DNA from: Promethearchaeia archaeon
GTDB taxonomy: Archaea; Asgardarchaeota; Lokiarchaeia; Sigyniarchaeales; SOKP01
Direction of reading: 5' to 3'
NCBI GenBank assembly: GCA_029856105.1
Contig: JAHQWH010000193.1
Span: 32,001 to 96,000, forward strand
Length of the DNA stretch: 64,000 nt
Shown here: positions 1-9,634 of the stretch, piece after piece
Layout of the letters: the number at the start of each line of letters is the position of its first letter
Numbering within the stretch: the stretch's first letter is position 1
Translations under genes and position numbers: made by a program
The notes under the pieces: generated by a model
The model's input: the letters and a program-made list of their open reading frames with translations, nothing else
The model's database searches: none
What the model was told of the DNA's origin: nothing

Positions 1-945
1 TGAAAAAATTATTATAATAATAAACAGCATCAAGTACATTTGATTAGCTCCTTGTTCTGTTGGGCTAATTGCAGAGATAAATAAACCTATGGCTATTCCA
101 CTAAAGCCAATCATTATTAAAACTAGATAAAAATTAAATAACGAGCCTAAACTATATAAACCGAAAAATGATGTCATTACGAATATTTCTGTAGCTTGCA
201 TTATCATTATTATAGTGTTTGCAATTAGTTTACTAAGGATTATATCCCTTTTTGCCGTAGGAGTTATAAGCATTCGCGGAAGCGGACCCTCAGAAACAAT
301 TGTTAGAGATGTTAAATTCATCGTAGTCCCAATTATTATTATTGGTAGGATCAGAGCTAATGAATAATTAAGTAATTGAGATTCCCATGAAGGCACTCCA
401 AATTCAAGATGAGGGACCATTATTGTAAAATTTTCCAACATATTAATCTCAACGCGAAAAAGAGCAAGTGGTTCTTGGAGAGCCACTTCAATTGCACCAA
501 CAGCGCTTAGATCAGAGCCATCTATATAATAGATTAATATAGGATTAGTTTTATTTGCTACAGATTCTGAGAAATTTTGAGGGAGTACAATAAAAACATC
601 GATTACTTCATTTTTTAATAAATTAACACACCGATAATATGCTTCGTCATACTCTACACTGGTGCTACTATTATAGTATCGATAAAGATCCCATGTTGTT
701 GTGTTTTGTTCCATAATCGAGATAAAAATATCATCGTATTGAGAAGAATTTGACGGGAAATTATCGTAAGTAGGCATTTCATCGAGAGTTATAATCGCAG
801 AGGTAAAAAATTTCATAGGGCCAACGCCCGTAGTTAGCCCAAAAATGACAATTAATATCATAGGTATTGTAAATAATAGAATTAAAGTTCTTTTATCCGA
901 TTTAATTCTACCAAATTCTTTTTGTATTAATCCGCCTAAGCTCAT
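1..945 (-). CDS. ABC-2 type transporter permease (3' end outside window)
   Basis: Not in ORF track. Manual translation from ATG at 945: MSLGGLIQKEFGRIKSDKRTLILIFTIPMILIVIFG...; N-terminal TM, extracytoplasmic loop, then several TMs (LITPTAKRDIILSKL, GLFISAISPTEQGANQ), typical of ABC-2 permeases. Confidence 0.85.
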   Translation of the reverse strand, partial: MSLGGLIQKEFGRIKSDKRTLILLFTIPMILIVIFGLTTGVGPMKFFTSAIITLDEMPTYDNFPSNSSQYDDIFISIMEQNTTTWDLYRYYNSSTSVEYDEAYYRCVNLLKNEVIDVFIVLPQNFSESVANKTNPILIYYIDGSDLSAVGAIEVALQEPLALFRVEINMLENFTIMVPHLEFGVPSWESQLLNYSLALILPIIIIGTTMNLTSLTIVSEGPLPRMLITPTAKRDIILSKLIANTIIMIMQATEIFVMTSFFGLYSLGSLFNFYLVLIMIGFSGIAIGLFISAISPTEQGANQMYLMLFIIIIIFS

Positions 946-1037
946 TATATTAAGCTCTTACAAGAAGTATTCTATAAATTTGAAGATTTGAATAATAATA
1001 AATGATTAATGATATTTAGGCGAATTTTCTTAAAAAT

Positions 1038-1601
1038 TTACTGCACAGTTTTGTCAACTGTTTGAAAAAATTTAAGATCCGATACTGGTGTTAATTCATT
1101 CATTTTCAAAAGAGACCTTCTTTTTTTGTCTTTAACAATAAATTTTTGAAAAATTTCATTGTTATCACTTATAAATTCCCAAAATTCTTCATAAATATCT
1201 TGTAATGTTCTAGGATTTTTCCTATTAAAGCTCTCTTTGATTATTTTTGTTTCTTTTTTAATATCTGGCTTTTTTTGCATGTTTTTGATAGAATTTTCCT
1301 TTGATACTGAAGATTTGTATAGCTTTAAACTATTTACAAAACTTTCTTCGTAATTGTGTCTTAGATTGTTCTTCTTTTTGTCATTCTCTAATTGAAAATC
1401 AACTTTTTGATATCCCCGTATTTTAAAATTTTTGTCTATAAATAATTGGAAGTGATGTTGACAAATCTCTCCTTTAGGAACAGAGACGGTAGTTAATTGA
1501 GAAGCTTGGTTAATTACGGACTTAGGAATCCTTATCGTGTTCTGTGCTTTACACACAGGACAAATAACTTGAATATATCTATTAACTGTTATAGCTTCCA
1601 T
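1038..1601 (-). CDS. Hypothetical protein with N-terminal Zn-ribbon-like domain (CPxC...C-x-H-x-F)
   Basis: CPVC...VPKGEICQHHFQLFIDKNFKIRGY; same motif as 25916..26764. Confidence 0.7.
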   Translation of the reverse strand: MEAITVNRYIQVICPVCKAQNTIRIPKSVINQASQLTTVSVPKGEICQHHFQLFIDKNFKIRGYQKVDFQLENDKKKNNLRHNYEESFVNSLKLYKSSVSKENSIKNMQKKPDIKKETKIIKESFNRKNPRTLQDIYEEFWEFISDNNEIFQKFIVKDKKRRSLLKMNELTPVSDLKFFQTVDKTVQ

Positions 1602-1774
1602 ACAATTTTTACAAAAATAAATTAATTTTTTCGTCTTTAAATTTATCTACATCTTAGAATATAAATACCCCTAATTTCGAAAACAATATAGTTTCAACCT
1701 TCAAAACTAAATTTTAAGTTCAATAAATTATAATCTTTTATAATACTAATCTTTTCAATGGGACAAATTAAATT

Positions 1775-3187
1775 ATGAGCGATCAAATAACTGATATGGA
1801 TGTTTTCTTTAACCCTAAATCCATTGCTATTATAGGTGCTTCAGATACTTTCAAATTTGGTTATACTATGACAAAGTATTTATTAGAGTCGAATTTTAAA
1901 ACGTATCCCGTAAATATAAATAAAGATGTTATTTTTGGTCATAAAATGTTCAAAAATATTAATGATATACCAGATGATATCGAATTAGTAATTGTCGTAG
2001 TAAATAATGAACATGTGCTTCAAATAGTGAAAGATTCTGTCAAAAAAGGAGTTAAAGGAATAATTATAGAAACTGCAGGCTTTGCTGAAACGGGTATAGA
2101 GAAATTTGTTAAAATCCAAGAAGAAATAGAGTTAATTGCTAAAAATTCGAATGTAAGAATAATTGGTCCTAATTGTGTGGGTGTTACTAATTTTAACAAC
2201 AAATTTACAACCACAGAAATAGATTTTAATCAATCTATAGAAGGAGGAACTATTTCTATTATTGCACAGTCAGGTGTGTTAGGAAATATATTTGTCGAAT
2301 GGTCAGCAAGTCAGAAAATTGGTTTTTCGAAAACTATAACTCTTGGAAATAAAGTAGATGTTGATGAGATTGATATGCTGGAATATCTTGAGAAAGATGA
2401 GAATACAAATGTAATAACTCTTTATTTAGAAGGCGTGAAACGGGGACCAAAATTAATAGAAATATTAAGAAAATTGACTAAACCTGTTTTAATTCTAAAA
2501 AATGGTCGCAGCGAAATTGGTTCTAAAGCGATAAAGAGTCACACTGGCTCTATCGCTGGAGACGACAAAATTTACGATGCGATTTTCAAACAATATTCCG
2601 GTATTTATCGCGTAAATAATTTTTACGAGATGTTTGATATAGCTCAAGTATTTGCTACTCAACCCTTACCCAAAGGAAAGAACATCGCAATAATTACATC
2701 TTCTGGAAGTTTAGGTATATTAGCATGCGATGAAATTGAAAGACTAGGTTTAAAACTTGCAGTTCTAAATGAGTCCACTATCCAAGAAATGAAATCGATC
2801 TCACCCAATTGGACTTCTTTGAAGAATCCTGTAGACTTGGGCCCATCTCTATTTATGACCTTTAACAAATCGTTAAAAGCGATACTAAACGATGAGAACG
2901 TTGATGCCTTACTACACATTTTCGCTGTCCCTCAAAAACCTTTAGAAACCTTTTCTATACCTATAACACCACACTTGAAAGAAATGAGAAATCTTTCAAC
3001 TAAGCTTAATAAACCCATTATTACTTGCGTTTTTGGGTCCCGTTGGGTTCTTGAATACTTTTTAAAACATTCGCACAAATATAAAATTCCAATAATGACT
3101 CAGATAAGCCACGCAATAAAGACGTTCAGATTTATGTATGATTTTAGTAAATCAAATAAAAACATGAATACAGATATCGAAATTTAA
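1775..3187 (+). CDS. acdA: ADP-forming acetate/acyl-CoA ligase, alpha-type (CoA-binding) subunit
   Basis: FFNPKSIAIIGAS, IIGPNCVG, AQSG, SHTGS phospho-His motif, NPVDL. Confidence 0.85.
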   Translation: MSDQITDMDVFFNPKSIAIIGASDTFKFGYTMTKYLLESNFKTYPVNINKDVIFGHKMFKNINDIPDDIELVIVVVNNEHVLQIVKDSVKKGVKGIIIETAGFAETGIEKFVKIQEEIELIAKNSNVRIIGPNCVGVTNFNNKFTTTEIDFNQSIEGGTISIIAQSGVLGNIFVEWSASQKIGFSKTITLGNKVDVDEIDMLEYLEKDENTNVITLYLEGVKRGPKLIEILRKLTKPVLILKNGRSEIGSKAIKSHTGSIAGDDKIYDAIFKQYSGIYRVNNFYEMFDIAQVFATQPLPKGKNIAIITSSGSLGILACDEIERLGLKLAVLNESTIQEMKSISPNWTSLKNPVDLGPSLFMTFNKSLKAILNDENVDALLHIFAVPQKPLETFSIPITPHLKEMRNLSTKLNKPIITCVFGSRWVLEYFLKHSHKYKIPIMTQISHAIKTFRFMYDFSKSNKNMNTDIEI

Positions 3188-3586
3188 TGTTTATTAATAC
3201 CTTTCAATTTAAAAAATTTTACTTATACATAGAGAAATAATCGCAGTAGGAAGTGAACTTGGATTCTTACCGTTTATTTTTATTGCTCCTTTTGTTTCTA
3301 CCGCTATTTCCATGCCACCCTTGTTATTTTACGATTGGAAAATAAAAAGTTTACACAATAAATTTGTCAGTAAATTAACTAAAAGGGGACTAAGAATTGT
3401 TGATAATGTTAATGATATCTAATTTTACTAATTCCTTTTTTTCTAGTGAATTAAAAATTCTCTTTTAAGCTTTTTTAAGTAAAAGGCCATTATAAAAACT
3501 GGACTCCAAATTTTTTATAATCGACTCCAAACTCCTTTTAATTAAAAATAAAACATTAAATATAATAGTTAAAAAGGTGGTAATTA

Positions 3587-4117
3587 GTGAATAATAACTG
3601 GGACCAAATTTCGGATCAAGCTTTATTATATTGGGAGGAATTTATGACATGGTTTTTAAGTATGCCTATCCCTGCTCAAGTCTTACTCATAATTGGTACT
3701 GTAGCGTCGTTAATTCTAGCCGTACTTATCGTATATTTTGTGTTAAAGGGAGTCTGCTATTTAATTTATTACATATTAAAAGGAGTTTATCTTCTATTAA
3801 AGGGTATTTTTGTAGGCCTATACAAATTATTTGAAGAAATATATTATGATATTTCTGGAAAACCTAAACCTGTTAAGAAAGCTTCTAGTAGCGAAGAACA
3901 AAAAGTTAATCCGCCCCAAGCTTATGTAGAGCCTGAAATCATTAAACCGGTACTAAAACAAGTTGAAATTATACAGCCTAATGCCGTATACTGTAGTGAA
4001 TGCGGAAGTCAATATACCGAAAAAATGCTTGAACAATTAGCTGAAACCGGAATTGCTTTCTGCGTTTATTGTGGAAAAGGATACAAATCTACTAAAGTTG
4101 CAGTAGAACAATACTAA
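3587..4117 (+). CDS. Membrane protein with C-terminal zinc ribbon
   Basis: GTG start after AAGGTGG SD; hydrophobic N-terminal half; CSECG...CVYCG. Confidence 0.7.
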   Translation: MNNNWDQISDQALLYWEEFMTWFLSMPIPAQVLLIIGTVASLILAVLIVYFVLKGVCYLIYYILKGVYLLLKGIFVGLYKLFEEIYYDISGKPKPVKKASSSEEQKVNPPQAYVEPEIIKPVLKQVEIIQPNAVYCSECGSQYTEKMLEQLAETGIAFCVYCGKGYKSTKVAVEQY

Positions 4118-4279
4118 ATAATTTAATTTTTTTAATTTCTTTTTTTATATAGCAATTTTAAAATTATTATTGTTATTTATTGGCTATTTCAGAAGAATAA
4201 TTTTAAATATTGATCTAACAATAAAGTAATTACCAAATTTCGTTAATTATATTAAAATAATATTAGAATCTGATAAAAA

Positions 4280-6010
4280 ATGAATAACGAAGATGCCAAA
4301 AATAGTCCATATTTGGAAAAAATATGGCTTAAATCTTACGATACTCATGTAAAACCAAAAATTGATCTAGAGTATTATTCTATAGCAGAAATGATGAAAC
4401 GTACAGCTAATAAATACCCTAATAGTTTATGCTACGATTTTCAAGGTTCTTGTGCGACTTTTAAAGAAGCAGAAAAATATATTAACAGTTTTGCTAACTT
4501 TCTTGTTGAGAGTGGCGTAAAAAAAGGAGAACGCGTCGTAATAAATTTACCAAATCTTCCCCAATTTATCGTAGCGTTATTTGGAACTTTTTTCGCTGGA
4601 TGTGCTGCTTCAGGGATGAATTTTTTATTACAACCAAATGAAATAAGGTATCAGTTAAAAGACAGCGGAGCGGTTGCGATAATTACTCTTGACTCTTTTT
4701 ACGAAGAGAAAGTAAGGGAAGCGCTCCAAACGGGGGACACAGATGTAAAAATTGTGATTACTACTAGCGTAGCTGACGTTATGGATTTAGAACCTGCTAT
4801 GAAAGAACAACTAATTAAAATAGGAAAAGTTCCTTATGGAAAAGTTGAGCCAATTAATAGTATAAAATATTTTACCTATAAAGATATTGTGGATAAATAT
4901 CCAAACGATAAATCGCCTAATGTTGAAATAGGTCCAGAAGATGTTTTATTACTTCAATACACGGGTGGAACGACTGGCCCCCCTAAAGGGGCAATACTAA
5001 CTCATCGAAATTTAATACAAATAATGCAAATAGTAGCTCATTGGTTTGATCCTGGTTCCAATCCTGGTGAAGATATTTACATGTCAGGATTTCCATTTTT
5101 CCATTTAGCAGGTTTACAATTTTGCCTTCAGAGTGTTTTTTTGGGTAGTGCACAGATTTTAGTTCCTGATCCAAGAGATACTAATTATATGACTGGAAAA
5201 ATGAAAGAATATGAAGGTAAAATAGCGCTAATGTACAACGTTCCAACTCTTTATATGATGCTTTTAAAGAATCGAAAATTTAAAAAATTAGACTTAAGTT
5301 CTGTAATAGGTTACATCTCTGGCGCTGCTCCTTTCCCCACCAAAAACATAAACGAATTCGAAGGTGTAGTCGGCGAAGGGAAACTTGTAGAAGCTTATGG
5401 AATGACGGAGGCGTCTCCTGGAGTAACTATGAATCCTTACCTTGGAAAGAAGAAAGTTGGAACTGTTGGTGTTCCATTTCCTAACACAGAAGTAAAACTA
5501 GTAGATGTTACAGATCGAAATAAGGAAGTCCCTATAGGGACACCTGGAGAAATAGCCATAAAAGGCCCTCAAATATTCAAAGGCTATTGGAATAAACCAA
5601 AAGAAACTGAAAATGCGCTTGTTGACGGTTGGTTCTATTCTGGTGATGTTGGTGTGATGGATGAGGATGGGTATCTTACCATAGTTGACCGTACAAAAGA
5701 TATGATAATTGTCAGCGGCTTTAAGGTTTTTAGCGTTGAAGTTGACGATAAGATGAATAAGCATCCCGCAATTGAGTTATGTTCTACCGTTGGAATCCCT
5801 GACTCAGATCGTCCAGGTTCAGAAATAGTTAAATTGTATGTGCTGCTTAAGGAAGGTTACCAAGCTTCAGAGGAAGTTAAAGCAGATATTTTAAAATATG
5901 CTCAAGATAATTTAGCAAAATATAAAGTTCCTAAATTCATTGAATTTCTCGATCAATTACCATTAACAACAATAGGCAAAGTCGATAAAAAAGCTTTAAG
6001 AAAGATGTAA
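4280..6010 (+). CDS. fadD: Long-chain fatty acid--CoA ligase (AMP-binding enzyme)
   Basis: YTGGTTGPPKG, YGMTE, GWFYSGD, DRTKDMI, GKVDKK motifs. Confidence 0.92.
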   Translation: MNNEDAKNSPYLEKIWLKSYDTHVKPKIDLEYYSIAEMMKRTANKYPNSLCYDFQGSCATFKEAEKYINSFANFLVESGVKKGERVVINLPNLPQFIVALFGTFFAGCAASGMNFLLQPNEIRYQLKDSGAVAIITLDSFYEEKVREALQTGDTDVKIVITTSVADVMDLEPAMKEQLIKIGKVPYGKVEPINSIKYFTYKDIVDKYPNDKSPNVEIGPEDVLLLQYTGGTTGPPKGAILTHRNLIQIMQIVAHWFDPGSNPGEDIYMSGFPFFHLAGLQFCLQSVFLGSAQILVPDPRDTNYMTGKMKEYEGKIALMYNVPTLYMMLLKNRKFKKLDLSSVIGYISGAAPFPTKNINEFEGVVGEGKLVEAYGMTEASPGVTMNPYLGKKKVGTVGVPFPNTEVKLVDVTDRNKEVPIGTPGEIAIKGPQIFKGYWNKPKETENALVDGWFYSGDVGVMDEDGYLTIVDRTKDMIIVSGFKVFSVEVDDKMNKHPAIELCSTVGIPDSDRPGSEIVKLYVLLKEGYQASEEVKADILKYAQDNLAKYKVPKFIEFLDQLPLTTIGKVDKKALRKM

Positions 6011-6021
6011 TTCCTTTTTTT

Positions 6022-6894
6022 TTATTTTAATTTTTTTTCATAAAGAATAACCGCTACGGGTTCGTCTTCCCAAGAGGGATCTTTAAACCCTAATTCTTTT
6101 ACATACTTTACTACTTCAGCCTTACAGTAAAGCTCAACTAAATCGATCTCATCTTCATCAATCTCGAAGCTTAATGTATAAGTTATTAATTGACAAGCGG
6201 CTAATGGATCACCGTAAACTATGATCCATACTTCGCTTTCTCTAGGTTTTTCCGGTTGAGCAAGACTCTTAATATCTATTTTCTGTAAAATTGCTTCAGA
6301 ATTAGTCAACCATAAAGAATTTATATCCTCTAAATTTAATAACGGTATATACGACCATCCAATATTTAATTCATCTCCAGGGCCAATATCCATTTTTTTA
6401 TAAATAATTTTTGCCTCTTCGTTAGTTATTTTCCGTATTTGAGAAAAATCGCTTTTACTTAGTTTTAACTCGTTCATTTTACATTCTAAGACTTCCATCT
6501 TTTTTTTCTCTTTAAATCCGTGAAATTTTGCTAAAGAAAGTGAGCCAAAATTTCTCGAAGATGTATCGTATTGAGCGACCGTAGCGCCTGCTTGAATCGC
6601 GTAATCTATTGCATATTTCATCAAATATCGCCCTATTCCTTGTTTTTGGTGAGTTATCTTAACTCGACCACCCTCTAACCAAGCTACTCCATTAGAAAAC
6701 ATCTTTACTCTTCCAAATCCAATTAATTCCTTCATTTCTTTTTCAAGAAATGCTCCATAAACTAACTTATCATCCTCATTTAACCACCTTTTTATAACAT
6801 CGGGAATGTAATCATCTCCTTCCCATATATCTTTACTTATATCTAAGATTGCTGGTATATCTTTTTCTGTTAAATCTCGGAAGAATAATTTCAT
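6022..6894 (-). CDS. GNAT family N-acetyltransferase
   Basis: IWEGDDYIP; AWLEGGRV...QKQGIG acetyl-CoA binding motif A. Confidence 0.8.
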   Translation of the reverse strand: MKLFFRDLTEKDIPAILDISKDIWEGDDYIPDVIKRWLNEDDKLVYGAFLEKEMKELIGFGRVKMFSNGVAWLEGGRVKITHQKQGIGRYLMKYAIDYAIQAGATVAQYDTSSRNFGSLSLAKFHGFKEKKKMEVLECKMNELKLSKSDFSQIRKITNEEAKIIYKKMDIGPGDELNIGWSYIPLLNLEDINSLWLTNSEAILQKIDIKSLAQPEKPRESEVWIIVYGDPLAACQLITYTLSFEIDEDEIDLVELYCKAEVVKYVKELGFKDPSWEDEPVAVILYEKKLK

Positions 6895-6946
6895 AATATC
6901 AACTTAAAATAAACAAATTGTTTATATTAAAATAATAAGAATGTAT

Positions 6947-7537
6947 TTAAGAAAGTTTTTTGTATAAGTTATAATATATTATAAAGACCAAGCTAAAATG
7001 AACTATAATACACGCAAATATGCCTAATGTAAAAAGGAGATATGCGTTATAGATTCCTAAAAGGAATGAAAATATAATATAAGAAATCAGAATTTTTAAG
7101 TCTTTAAATCTAAACCATGTATGAATGTGATATAGCGAAAAAATTAAACTTGAAATCATAATTGTTGAAATTATTTCTAAATTTAGATGGTTTAATAAAA
7201 TCCCTATAAGATAATAGCGAAAAATTAATTCCTCCATTATCATAGTCAACGGAAAAAAGACGAGTAAAACTATTTTACCTTCATCGTTCAAAAGTACCCT
7301 GATAACATCGTGTTGTTTCATTTTTTCTTTACTTTTTTTACCGTACAAAAATGATTCCATCACTTTTCCTAAAACTAAAAGAAGCACAAGCCCTATCAAT
7401 AAAAATAACAAAATCTCTAAGTTAATTTCGCTTACGGTGAGAAAATCGGCGTAAATTCCAAAAAATATTGGAATAATTAAAACTATAACTATTGAAATTA
7501 TAGCTAAATACTTTTTTCCTAATTTCAATTCTTTCAA
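6947..7537 (-). CDS. CPBP (Abi/CAAX protease-like) intramembrane glutamic endopeptidase
   Basis: EELIFR, FSLYH and a late H within TM helices. Confidence 0.8.
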   Translation of the reverse strand: MKELKLGKKYLAIISIVIVLIIPIFFGIYADFLTVSEINLEILLFLLIGLVLLLVLGKVMESFLYGKKSKEKMKQHDVIRVLLNDEGKIVLLVFFPLTMIMEELIFRYYLIGILLNHLNLEIISTIMISSLIFSLYHIHTWFRFKDLKILISYIIFSFLLGIYNAYLLFTLGIFACIIVHFSLVFIIYYNLYKKLS

Positions 7538-7638
7538 ACCAATCTTATGATGTTGAAAATAGTAAATTGAATTACATTTAAGTAGTTGAAGCTTTCTAAT
7601 ATATATTATTTTAATCCATATAAATTAAGGTTTAAAAC

Positions 7639-9156
7639 TTGTCAGAATTGTTTCAAAAATTAGAAAATATAGTTAAGGAGAAATATATCTCGAACAGTCT
7701 TTATGTAAGACACGCATATTCGAGGAATGTAGATCCCGTATTGCAAGGTGTCCCTGACATCGTAATTAGACCGAAAGATGCAAAAGAAATTTCTGAGATT
7801 TTGAAAGTTGCAAACGAGGATAATGTCCCCGTTACTCCCCGTGGCGGCGGTGATTGTGAATTTGGCGGTAGTAAACCAATAGGAGATGGCGGCATTGTCT
7901 TGGATTTAAAACGTATGAATAATATAGTTAATTTAGATCAAGAAAATCTTATCGTAACCGTTGAGGCTGGAATCTCTTGGGCAAAGTTAAACGAATACTT
8001 GTGTCATTTTGGATTATACACTGGATGTTTAGGTCCAGGCTCCGGGTTAACTGCATCAGTGGGAGGAGGCATTTCACATCAATCAGTAGGAGGTGGGGGG
8101 TGTGCGAAATACGGTTCGTGCACAAATCAATTAGTTTCTTTAGAAGTAGTTTTACCAACAGGCGAAATTATTGAAACTGGATCTCAAGCAAATAAGTTTT
8201 CAAAGTTTCCGTTTAATAGATTTGGGAATGGGCCAGACTTAGCAAGTCTTTTTTGTGGTGATAATGGCATTTTAGGTGTAAAAACAAAAGCTTCGCTACA
8301 AATATTTCCAAAACCTCCATTTGCGGATTATAAAACATTTCTCATGCCACGAAAATCTGAAGAAGTATCAGCAAAAATTTTTACAGAATTTAGGCGTAAA
8401 GGGATTGATGTTTACGATTCGATGTATTTTATGGATTTATTAGTAAGAGTAGGCACAGAAAAAGGAATTTTTCCTTTATGGGAAAACTTAAAGAGAAAAA
8501 GGGGTACAATGTTTTACACCGTAGAAGCTAACTCGGAAAAAGAACTTGAAGAGAAAGTTAAACAGTTAGATAAGATTTTTCTACAAAATAAAGCAGAAGA
8601 ATTAGGTCCAGAAATTGCAGACGGGAACATAGGGAAATGGCACTACGAAGAGCAAGGACATTGGTTAATTGCACATAATTTATGGGGGTTAGTCCCTGGC
8701 TTTACAGCATTAGACGCAGAATGTCACACGCCAATAACCGCTTATCCCGGAATTTTAAAAGATGTAGAACTTTGGGATTTTGAACATTCTAATGAAATGG
8801 AACAAATTTTAGATGTTTCAGGAATGCGACCAATTTCTGGAGCGGGTCCAATTATACTAATTGGAGATCACAACGTTGAGCTAACAACCGGATTTACAAG
8901 CTTCGAAAGCTATATTGATGGAAAAAATTATGAATTTCTTAAAGAATTAAACATCAAACTTTGGAAATCGCTACTCGAAAGAATAACTAAACACGGAGTA
9001 ACATGGTACATGGTAGGGGATATTCTCAGTAGACTTTTGGTAGAAATTGGAGCGTTTCAGCCAGAATATTTTAAATTTATGAAATCAATAAAAAAAATGC
9101 TTGACCCTGAATTCATTTTAAGCAGAGGAAAATTTAATTTTTGGGGAGAAAAATAA
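7639..9156 (+). CDS. FAD-binding oxidoreductase, GlcD/D-lactate dehydrogenase-like (copy 1)
   Basis: PDIVIRP, VTPRGGG, VTVEAG, LEVVLPTG, G-x-LGV FAD_binding_4 motifs; TTG start. Confidence 0.85.
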   Translation: MSELFQKLENIVKEKYISNSLYVRHAYSRNVDPVLQGVPDIVIRPKDAKEISEILKVANEDNVPVTPRGGGDCEFGGSKPIGDGGIVLDLKRMNNIVNLDQENLIVTVEAGISWAKLNEYLCHFGLYTGCLGPGSGLTASVGGGISHQSVGGGGCAKYGSCTNQLVSLEVVLPTGEIIETGSQANKFSKFPFNRFGNGPDLASLFCGDNGILGVKTKASLQIFPKPPFADYKTFLMPRKSEEVSAKIFTEFRRKGIDVYDSMYFMDLLVRVGTEKGIFPLWENLKRKRGTMFYTVEANSEKELEEKVKQLDKIFLQNKAEELGPEIADGNIGKWHYEEQGHWLIAHNLWGLVPGFTALDAECHTPITAYPGILKDVELWDFEHSNEMEQILDVSGMRPISGAGPIILIGDHNVELTTGFTSFESYIDGKNYEFLKELNIKLWKSLLERITKHGVTWYMVGDILSRLLVEIGAFQPEYFKFMKSIKKMLDPEFILSRGKFNFWGEK

Positions 9157-9189
9157 AAAGCAAATGTCATTAGAAAAAGGAGCAAAAAA

Positions 9190-9504
9190 ATGTTTAGTAA
9201 AAGGACTTATCTTGAAAATAACGTTGGGAATATAGTTAAAGTAAAAGGTAGAATTTCTAAAGTAATCTGGCAACATATGACAGCTCTTATTAATTCTCAT
9301 CCACACATGAATTATTTCGACTTAGCTGATAGTTATCAAATTATAGTTTATACTAAGGACCAGATTTCTTGTGAAGGTCAGATCGAAATAACTGGGAAAG
9401 TAACGATGCTAGAGAGTGATTACAATAATCCTGAAGCCAAAATTAGCGATAAATTTGCTGAATATCATATAATTGCAGATTCTTGGAAATGTATTGAAGA
9501 ATGA
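9190..9504 (+). CDS. Small hypothetical protein, possibly OB-fold-like
   Basis: 104-aa ORF, beta-strand-rich pattern (IVKVKGRIS, IEITGKV); lies between the two GlcD-like paralogs. Confidence 0.6.
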   Translation: MFSKRTYLENNVGNIVKVKGRISKVIWQHMTALINSHPHMNYFDLADSYQIIVYTKDQISCEGQIEITGKVTMLESDYNNPEAKISDKFAEYHIIADSWKCIEE

Positions 9505-9634
9505 TTAAAAAATGAGAAAGTTTGAAAATAAATAAATCAAAAATTTTAATTTGATTAGAATTAGAAAACATTTAAGTAATTTATAGAGTCTATTATAAAT
9601 TGTTTTTATTAAATTGTTAAGAGGTTTAAGAAAA

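Noticed and set aside
9164-9192. Upstream ATG (MSLEKGAKK) joined to ORF 9190 by a frameshift in an A7 run
   Set aside because: ORF 9190 has its own GGAG SD and ATG, so no frameshift is needed.
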